In this document: positions 57,866 through 64,000 of the stretch, in pieces
Layout of the letters: each line of letters begins with the position of its first letter
How positions within the stretch are numbered: the first letter of the stretch is position 1
Assembly (NCBI GenBank): GCA_038230375.1
Contig: JBBRNJ010000031.1
Span: 1 to 64,000, forward strand
Length of the DNA stretch: 64,000 nt
DNA from: Polyangiales bacterium
GTDB taxonomy: Bacteria; Myxococcota_A; Polyangia; Polyangiales; Polyangiaceae
Direction: 5' to 3'
The notes under the pieces: generated by a model
Seen by the model: only the letters and a program-made list of their open reading frames with translations
The model's database searches: none
What the model was told of the DNA's origin: nothing
Translations under genes and position numbers: made by a program

Positions 57866-58852
57866 ATGCGACGAGGGGCGATCGTGATCGTGGGGATTTC
57901 GCTGATCGGGATCGTTACGGCGATCGCATGTGGCGATAATGGACCAAGCGCGCTGTCGAACGGACAGACCCTTCCGCCAGGCACTGGTGGCGGCGACGTG
58001 GACGGCGGCACTGGCCCGTCACCCACGGGAAGCTCGCCCACGGACAGCGGACCATCGCCAGGCACCGACAGCGGCGGCAGCGACGCAGCTCTTGCGCGTG
58101 ACCTGTCCACGGACCGCATGAAGTTCTTCGGCGCGTCTCGCTGCTCCGCCGCGGGACTCCTGCTGTGCGAGGACTTCGAGAGCGGCGCGCTCGACAAGAA
58201 CATCTGGACCGTACAGGGCCAGACCCCGACCATCGACGGCGTGAAATCCGCGCGTGGTGCGAAGGCGCTCCACATCAACATCACCGGCAACGGCGCGTCG
58301 TACATCAAGGAGACGAAGACGTTCCCGGCGCCGAACAACACGTACTGGGGACGCGCGTTCGTCTACTTCAATCAGCTCCCCAAGCCCGACGTGGACGCGG
58401 GCTTCACGTACGCGCACTGGACGTTCGCGGCCGGCGTTGGCACCGGCGTGAAGGGCGAGATTCGCCTGAGCGGCCAGCTCCAGGCGGCGGGCAACATCTT
58501 CGGCGTGGGCACCGACTCCACGCCCGCAGAGGCGGGGACTGGTGACTGGACCACCTCCGACAACGATCCGGCGGGCGCGCCCAAGGTCGTGCCCACGGGC
58601 TCGTGGCTGTGCATCGAGTGGCAGCACTCCGGACAGACGAACGAGACGCGCTTCTTCTGGGACGCGACCGAGCACACGTCGCTGCACACCACGGCCATGA
58701 AGCATGGCGGCGTCCAGGCGAACCCGTACATCATGCCGAACTTCACGGAGGCATGGGTGGGCTGGCAGGAGTACCAGGCCAACGCTGAGCAGTTCGAGCT
58801 CTGGGTCGACGAGATCGGCATCGACGGCGCGCGTATCGGCTGCGTGCTCTGA
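57866..58852 (+). CDS. Lipoprotein with Cip1-like/concanavalin beta-sandwich domain
   Basis: Lipobox AIAC; LCEDFE, YWGR, W.CIEW, WVDEI…RIGC. Confidence 0.7.
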   Translation: MRRGAIVIVGISLIGIVTAIACGDNGPSALSNGQTLPPGTGGGDVDGGTGPSPTGSSPTDSGPSPGTDSGGSDAALARDLSTDRMKFFGASRCSAAGLLLCEDFESGALDKNIWTVQGQTPTIDGVKSARGAKALHINITGNGASYIKETKTFPAPNNTYWGRAFVYFNQLPKPDVDAGFTYAHWTFAAGVGTGVKGEIRLSGQLQAAGNIFGVGTDSTPAEAGTGDWTTSDNDPAGAPKVVPTGSWLCIEWQHSGQTNETRFFWDATEHTSLHTTAMKHGGVQANPYIMPNFTEAWVGWQEYQANAEQFELWVDEIGIDGARIGCVL

Positions 58853-58879
58853 GCGGACCGACGGAAGAAATCCTGCGGC

Positions 58880-59896
58880 TCACCCCGCCAGGTGAGAAGC
58901 GATCAGCTCGTACGATCTCCGCCGCGCCGCATGCTCGTGCACGGCCGTCGTGATCATGATCTCATCCGCGCCCGTCGTCTCCCGCAGCTCCGCGAGCTTC
59001 TTCGTCACGGTCGCCGCGCTCCCGACGAGCCCGCCATCGGTGTGTGGCACAAGGCGCATGTCCTCGTCGGTCCATGTGTACGCCTCTGCCGCTTCCACGC
59101 TCGGCAGCGGGAGGTCTCGCAGACCCTGCGAGAACTGCAGCCACCGCAGCCTTCCGCTCTGCGACAGGCGCTTCGCTTCTTCATCCGTGTCGGCCGCCAG
59201 TGCAGCGACCGCGAGAATGACATGCGGCTCCTTCGTGCGCGCGCTGGGCATGAAGTCGCGACGGTAGGCGCGCGTCACCTCCGCTGCATCGTCGGGTGCA
59301 AAGTGATGCGCGAACGCGAACGGCAGACCGTGCTTCGCTGCGAGCGCACCGCCGAACGCGCTCGAGCCGAGCACGTGCACCACTGGCGCCACCACGGGCG
59401 ATGGCACCGCTACGATCGACGTCGCAAAGGGCGGACGGATCTCGAGATCGTCCGCGAGGAAGCCCTGAAGCGCGAACAGATCGTCCTCCATCGCGTCTGG
59501 TGGTGGCAGCTTTGCGTCCGCTGGAAGTCGACGCAACGCGCGCGCCGTGCGCCCATCGGAGCCAGGCGCGCGGCCAACCCCCAGATCGATGCGCCCCGGA
59601 AAAAATCCGGACAGCGTGCGAAACGACTCTGCGATCCTGAGCGGGGCGTGGTTCGGCAGCATGACGCCACCCGAGCCCACGCGAATGCGCGAGGTCTTCG
59701 ACGCGACCACGGCGATGAGCACCTCGGGTGACGAGCACGCCATGCTCTTCGCGTTGTGATGCTCCGCAAGCCAGTAGCGCGCGTAGCCAAGGGACTCCGC
59801 GTGCACGGCGAGATCGATCGTGCTCGCGAGCGCGTCGCTCGGAGTCCTCCCGCTCGAGATGGGAGACAGGTCCAGCACGGAGAGCGGAAAACGCAT
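58880..59896 (-). CDS. LLM-class flavin-dependent oxidoreductase (luciferase-like)
   Basis: LSVLDL, YWLAEHH, RVGSGGVMLPNH, GRIDLGVGRAPG, LGSS, FAHHF. Confidence 0.93.
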   Translation of the reverse strand: MRFPLSVLDLSPISSGRTPSDALASTIDLAVHAESLGYARYWLAEHHNAKSMACSSPEVLIAVVASKTSRIRVGSGGVMLPNHAPLRIAESFRTLSGFFPGRIDLGVGRAPGSDGRTARALRRLPADAKLPPPDAMEDDLFALQGFLADDLEIRPPFATSIVAVPSPVVAPVVHVLGSSAFGGALAAKHGLPFAFAHHFAPDDAAEVTRAYRRDFMPSARTKEPHVILAVAALAADTDEEAKRLSQSGRLRWLQFSQGLRDLPLPSVEAAEAYTWTDEDMRLVPHTDGGLVGSAATVTKKLAELRETTGADEIMITTAVHEHAARRRSYELIASHLAG

Positions 59897-59922
59897 GGCG
59901 CCCTCCATGCTAGACCCAGAGG

Positions 59923-60285
59923 CTACTTGCCCGTGACCTGCGTGCAGCCCTGCGTGTAGAGCCCGAGGATGTTGGTGCCCTTGTACTCGACCGAGTGAAT
60001 CTCGGTGATCTGGCCGGCCTTCTTCGCCGAGTTGAGGCTCGCGTCGCCGAAGGCGAGCGCACCCAGGAAGCCAGTCGCGCAAGACTCGCCGGTCTTGTCG
60101 CCCGTCTTGCCCGGACCGTCCGCGGCGTAGGTCATCATCTTGTGAGGTGTCTGCGTCTGCGTGTAGAGCGACCCCGACGGATAGTCGCCCGCGCCGGTGA
60201 CGGCCCCCAACGCGGAGCATCCCGTCGTCCCCAGAACGAGACCGACCAGGGCGATTTCTACGACTTTTGACTTCATTGTGTTCAT
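59923..60285 (-). CDS. TRL-like family lipoprotein
   Basis: TTGC lipobox; KTGESC..FLG..AFGDAS…A…I..I..V.Y…LG.Y…CT.V.G. Confidence 0.8.
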   Translation of the reverse strand: MNTMKSKVVEIALVGLVLGTTGCSALGAVTGAGDYPSGSLYTQTQTPHKMMTYAADGPGKTGDKTGESCATGFLGALAFGDASLNSAKKAGQITEIHSVEYKGTNILGLYTQGCTQVTGK

Positions 60286-60518
60286 GACCGCGTCCTCCGC
60301 GCCAGGGCACCGCCCGGCCGACCCTCGTACGCTACGATTGACGGCGAAAATGGCCCAAAAAACGGCGAAGGCTGTCGCCGCCATCTGCCGGGCCGCACTG
60401 GTAGCTCGACCATGGACACGCGAATCGTTCCGGGACTTTTGCGAGCGGCGAGAACCGCAGCTGACTGTTGCCGACTTGGAAATGGACGACGGGGGAAAGA
60501 TGGGCCAGAAGGAGGCCC

Positions 60519-61127
60519 GTGAAGGTTTCCTCCGCTCTCCTGCCCCTGTTCGGCCTCGCGCTTGCCACGTCCTCTCTCGTCGCGTGCGTCTACGCGAGCG
60601 ACGCGCCCACGCCGTTGAGCAGCGGCACGGGCACCGCGGCGGACGGAACCGATCCCGCCAATACGGACAGCGATGGTGGCGGCGGCACAAATAGCGGAGG
60701 TGGTGGTGGCGGAGGTGGTGGAGACACCGATGCTGGTGGTGGTGGTGGTGGCGGTGGGGGCACCGACGCGGGCAAGCAGTTCACCGATGCCGGCATGCAG
60801 TCGACGGACGCGGGCCAGGTCTCGGGCCCGCCCACGTGGACCACGATCTACGCGACGTACTTCGCAGCAGGGACGCCCGGCAACTGCGGCGCGAGCGGCT
60901 GCCACCTGGCCACGAACAAGGGCGTGAAGTGCGCCGACAAGGCGACGTGCTTCAGCACGCTCACGACGCAGGGCTACATCAGCGGCACGTCGAGCCCCCT
61001 CGCGACCACGCAGTCCTGCCTCACCTGGTACGGCAGCAACGGCAACATGCCCCCCTCCGGTGGCGCGAACACGAAGGCGAAGACGGCCATCAACGCGTGG
61101 GTCGCCGCAGGCGCATCGAACAACTGA
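60519..61127 (+). CDS. Lipoprotein with atypical c-heme motif (CX4CH)
   Basis: AAGGAGG RBS + GTG; LVAC; CGASGCH…NMPP…I.AWVAAGA.NN. Confidence 0.8.
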   Translation: MKVSSALLPLFGLALATSSLVACVYASDAPTPLSSGTGTAADGTDPANTDSDGGGGTNSGGGGGGGGGDTDAGGGGGGGGGTDAGKQFTDAGMQSTDAGQVSGPPTWTTIYATYFAAGTPGNCGASGCHLATNKGVKCADKATCFSTLTTQGYISGTSSPLATTQSCLTWYGSNGNMPPSGGANTKAKTAINAWVAAGASNN

Positions 61128-61129
61128 GT

Positions 61130-61241
61130 TCGACTTCGAACTTCGACCTCGACCCCGACCTCGACCTCGACCTCGACCTCGACCTCGACCTCGACCCCGA
61201 CCTCGACCTCGACCTCGACCTCGACCCCGACCTCGACCCCG
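61130..61241 (+). repeat. (ACCTCG)n hexamer tandem repeat
   Basis: About 18 units with ACCCCG variants directly after the upstream TGA. Confidence 0.95.
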
Positions 61242-61490
61242 AGCGGTGGTGGCCTGCGCCTCGACAACCTCGGCGACAAAGCGAAGGCGTTCTATCTGCC
61301 CGCCGGTTGCCTCGTCGTGACGGACGAGCCGGCGAAGAAGCAGATCGGATACTCGTCGCCCTCCGCGAACGAACGCGACCTCACGTACACGGCGACGAAC
61401 CTGCAGATCAACAAGGCGACGATCGACTGGAAGGCGACCGCGAAGATCACAGTGACCGGCAACGACTACAAGCCGCCCTGCGCCTACTGA
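61242..61490 (+). pseudogene. Start-less coding fragment downstream of repeat
   Basis: SGGGLRLDNLGDKAKAFYLPAGCLVVTDEPAKKQIGYSSPSANERDLTYTATNLQINKATIDWKATAKITVTGNDYKPPCAY* has strong GC3 bias and no ATG; same frame as 60519-61127. Confidence 0.55.
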
Positions 61491-61565
61491 GAGAATCATC
61501 GCCCGCGCGCCTGGGTTCGTCTAACCTGAGGGCCAGGAGCGTCCGCGCTCCCAACCCCCTCCCCC

Positions 61566-63593
61566 ATGCGAAAATTCTTTCTCTCCGTCCTCGCGCTCGC
61601 TCCTCTCTTCGTCACGCAGCCCGCGCCCGCGGTGGGTACGCGCACCTTCACGCTCGACACGCTCGAGAAGCTGTCCGGCGGTGACCTGAAGGGCGTGGCG
61701 ATCGCATCGGACGGCACCGTCCACGCCGGCCTGACCGTGAGCAACGCGCCCATCACGGACGCGACCAGCGTCTTCAGCACGCTGGTCCAGAAGGACGGCA
61801 CGCTGCTCGTCGGCACCAGCCCTGGCGGCAAGGTCTTCAAGGTGCAGGGTGAGACGGTGACCCTCTTCGCCGACACCGGCGCGCTCGCCGTGACCGCGAT
61901 CGTCGAAGGTCCGGGCGGCGTGCTCTACGCGGCGACCATGCCGGATGGAAAGATCTTCAAGATTTCCCAGGGCAAGGCCGACGTGTTCGCGACCCTTCCG
62001 GACGTGACGCAGATCTGGGCGCTCATCGTCGACAAGGCGAAGACGGGCTTCTTCGCAGGCACCAACGACGGCAAGGTCGTTCGCGTGGAGCCGAGCGGAC
62101 AGAGCAGCGTGTACCTCAAGACGGAGGAGGCGCATATCGTCTCGCTCGCTCTGTCGGACGCGGGCGATCTCTACGCGGGCAGCAGCGGCAAGGGCCTGCT
62201 CTACAAGGTCACGGGCCCGGGCCGCGCGGTTGTCGTCTACGATTTCCCGGGCGACGAGGTGAAGGCCATCGCCACGACGAAGAGCGGCTCCGTCTTCGCG
62301 ATCGGCAACGAGTACAGCGAGCCGCCCGAGGCGCCGAAGCGCTCGGCCGCGGCGGGACGCGTCCAGTCCGGCGCCACCACTGGCACGAAGCAGAAGCCCG
62401 GGAAGGGCCAGCTTGTCCGCTTCGACACGCAAGGTCGACCGGAGAAGATGCTCTCCTCGACGGAGTTCCACTACATGTCGCTCGCGCTCGACGACAAGGG
62501 ACAGCCCTACGTCGGCACTGGCGCAGAAGGTCGCGTCTACACCGTGGATGAGAACCACATCACGCAGCTCGTGCTCGATACGGACGAGCGTCAGGTCGGC
62601 GGGCTCGTGCTCAGCGGGCCCACGCAGGTCGTTGTCTCGAGCGATCCGCTCGTGGTGCATCGCGTGACGGGGCATGGCGGCACGGACTCCGTGTGGACCA
62701 GCAAGGCGCTCGACTGCGGCCTGCGCGCGCGCTTCGGTCAGCTCTCGTGGCACGGCACTGGCGCGGAGCTCTCCACGCGCACGGGCAACACGGCGACGCC
62801 GGACGTGACGTGGTCCGCGTGGAGCCCGGGCATCGTCGCGCCCAACAAGGTGACCTCGGCGGCCGGGCGCTTCGTGCAGGTGCGCGCCCGTCTTCGCGAT
62901 GCGAACGCCATCGTGTCGGAGATCGTGTTGCCGTTCGTGACGGACAACCTTCGCCCCGTGATGATGGAAGTGACCGCGCAGCAGAAGGGTGTTCTGTCCC
63001 GCGACTCGAAGGATGCGCTCGCGCCGAGCGGCGGCGAGCTGCCCAAGCACGAGGCCACCGTGAAGGTGACGTGGCGCGTGGACAACCCGGATCAGGACAC
63101 GCTGCGCTTCCGCCTGTACTTCAAGAAGGATGGCACGACCGTGTGGCGCGACGTGCTGCGCGCGGACGAGTCCGTCACCAAGAACGACTACGAGTGGGAC
63201 ACGCTCGCGCTGCCGGAGGGCAAGTACCGCGTGCGCGTGGAGGCGAGCGACGAGCTCGTGAACCCGCCCGATCAAACGCAGCGGCACGACCTCACGAGCG
63301 AGTCGTTCATCGTCGATCACACGCCACCGCAGATTCGTGAGCTCTCCATCCAGGGACGTCGTCTGAAGGCGCACGTCGTGGACGGCGTGTCGCCCATCGC
63401 CCGCGTGGAGGTCTCGGTCGACGGCAAGAACGAGTGGCGCCCGCTCGGCCCATCGGACGGCGTCTTCGACACGCCGGACGAGACCGTGGACGCGGACGTG
63501 ACCACGATCGTTCCGCAGGGCTCACACCTGATCGCTGTGCGCGCGTACGATCTGGCGGGCAATCAAGTGAGCCGCGACATCGACGCGAACTGA
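61566..63593 (+). CDS. Secreted beta-propeller protein with C-terminal Ig/FN3-like domains
   Basis: Signal peptide; repeated blades (D..G.LY.G…G..Y.V); TRTGNT..PD.TWS.W; WDT..LPEG.Y…ASD; AYDLAGN. Confidence 0.85.
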   Translation: MRKFFLSVLALAPLFVTQPAPAVGTRTFTLDTLEKLSGGDLKGVAIASDGTVHAGLTVSNAPITDATSVFSTLVQKDGTLLVGTSPGGKVFKVQGETVTLFADTGALAVTAIVEGPGGVLYAATMPDGKIFKISQGKADVFATLPDVTQIWALIVDKAKTGFFAGTNDGKVVRVEPSGQSSVYLKTEEAHIVSLALSDAGDLYAGSSGKGLLYKVTGPGRAVVVYDFPGDEVKAIATTKSGSVFAIGNEYSEPPEAPKRSAAAGRVQSGATTGTKQKPGKGQLVRFDTQGRPEKMLSSTEFHYMSLALDDKGQPYVGTGAEGRVYTVDENHITQLVLDTDERQVGGLVLSGPTQVVVSSDPLVVHRVTGHGGTDSVWTSKALDCGLRARFGQLSWHGTGAELSTRTGNTATPDVTWSAWSPGIVAPNKVTSAAGRFVQVRARLRDANAIVSEIVLPFVTDNLRPVMMEVTAQQKGVLSRDSKDALAPSGGELPKHEATVKVTWRVDNPDQDTLRFRLYFKKDGTTVWRDVLRADESVTKNDYEWDTLALPEGKYRVRVEASDELVNPPDQTQRHDLTSESFIVDHTPPQIRELSIQGRRLKAHVVDGVSPIARVEVSVDGKNEWRPLGPSDGVFDTPDETVDADVTTIVPQGSHLIAVRAYDLAGNQVSRDIDAN

Positions 63594-63606
63594 GGTCGAG
63601 CGGAGG

Positions 63607-63999
63607 CTAGCGGCGCTCGGTGCAGATCGTGAACATCTGCTCGTAGCGGGTGCCGCGGCGCGCGGGCACGCGGCCGCCCTCGACGCGGCACACGTAGAGG
63701 GAGGCCTCCTCGCATCCCGTGGCGCGGACGATGAACGGCGTTGCGCCTTCACCACCGACGGACTGCGACGGAGTCCCGCGATGCGCTTCGGACCACATCG
63801 CCTGGCGCGCGGGGTCCTGTGCGATCGCGGACGGCGCAGGCGGGACGTTCTCGATCATCGCGGTCCGCACGCGCTCGAGCGGGCAATAGTGGTCGCGCGA
63901 GAACGACGTCTGCGCGACGTCTGCGGGGTGAAGCGAGCCTCGCGTCGTGCAGGACACGGTGAGAAGGCAACACACCACGACGAGCGCGGGCGATGCCCA
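63607..63999 (-). CDS. Hypothetical lipoprotein, 5'-truncated by window end
   Basis: Frame is open to the window edge (WASPALVVVCCLLTVSC…); Cys pattern YCP…ATGC…YVC. Confidence 0.6.
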   Translation of the reverse strand, partial: WASPALVVVCCLLTVSCTTRGSLHPADVAQTSFSRDHYCPLERVRTAMIENVPPAPSAIAQDPARQAMWSEAHRGTPSQSVGGEGATPFIVRATGCEEASLYVCRVEGGRVPARRGTRYEQMFTICTERR

Positions 64000-64000
64000 C

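Noticed and set aside
61125..61127. TGA as a selenocysteine codon (also 25243-25245)
   Set aside because: The downstream sequence is a simple repeat with no convincing SECIS-like hairpin, and the position is not a redox motif.
9967..61241. Hexamer tracts as CRISPR arrays
   Set aside because: They are 6-nt tandem units without unique spacers, and there are no cas genes in the window.

Overview
High-GC window from what looks like a myxobacterium (Polyangiaceae/Labilithrix-like). This is inferred from MYXO-CTERM-type tails, AgmX/PglI-like C-terminal domains and many lipoproteins with DAG/DGG linkers. It is an accessory-rich region of about 50 CDS. Recognisable genes include the 3' end of an ISAzo13-family transposase, a stand-alone divergent EF-Tu paralog, fumC, a PlsC-type acyltransferase, a MacAB-like ABC operon, nnrS, a ferredoxin-reductase/acyl-CoA desaturase pair, an ECF sigma with a membrane partner, cstA, a pseudokinase, a GH13 enzyme, PLD, two STAND/TPR regulators, an S55 peptidase, MscS-cNMP, an SCE4755-type LPMO-like protein, USP, an LLM monooxygenase and five c-type cytochrome-motif proteins. 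I saw no rRNA, tRNA or CRISPR array. The most notable candidate system is the EF-Tu paralog. By manual alignment it carries substitutions at known kirromycin and pulvomycin resistance positions. It is preceded by a 39-codon leader ORF, an antiterminator and an intrinsic terminator, so it may be a ribosome-stalling-induced elfamycin-resistance module. Other candidates are five same-strand (ACCTCG)n tracts, two of which bridge a TGA in frame into downstream coding sequence; a Fur-box-preceded porin-like/cytochrome c pair; a doubly anchored tri-heme protein; and a selenoprotein-N-like lipoprotein. All family calls are from motif recognition by eye; no searches were run.
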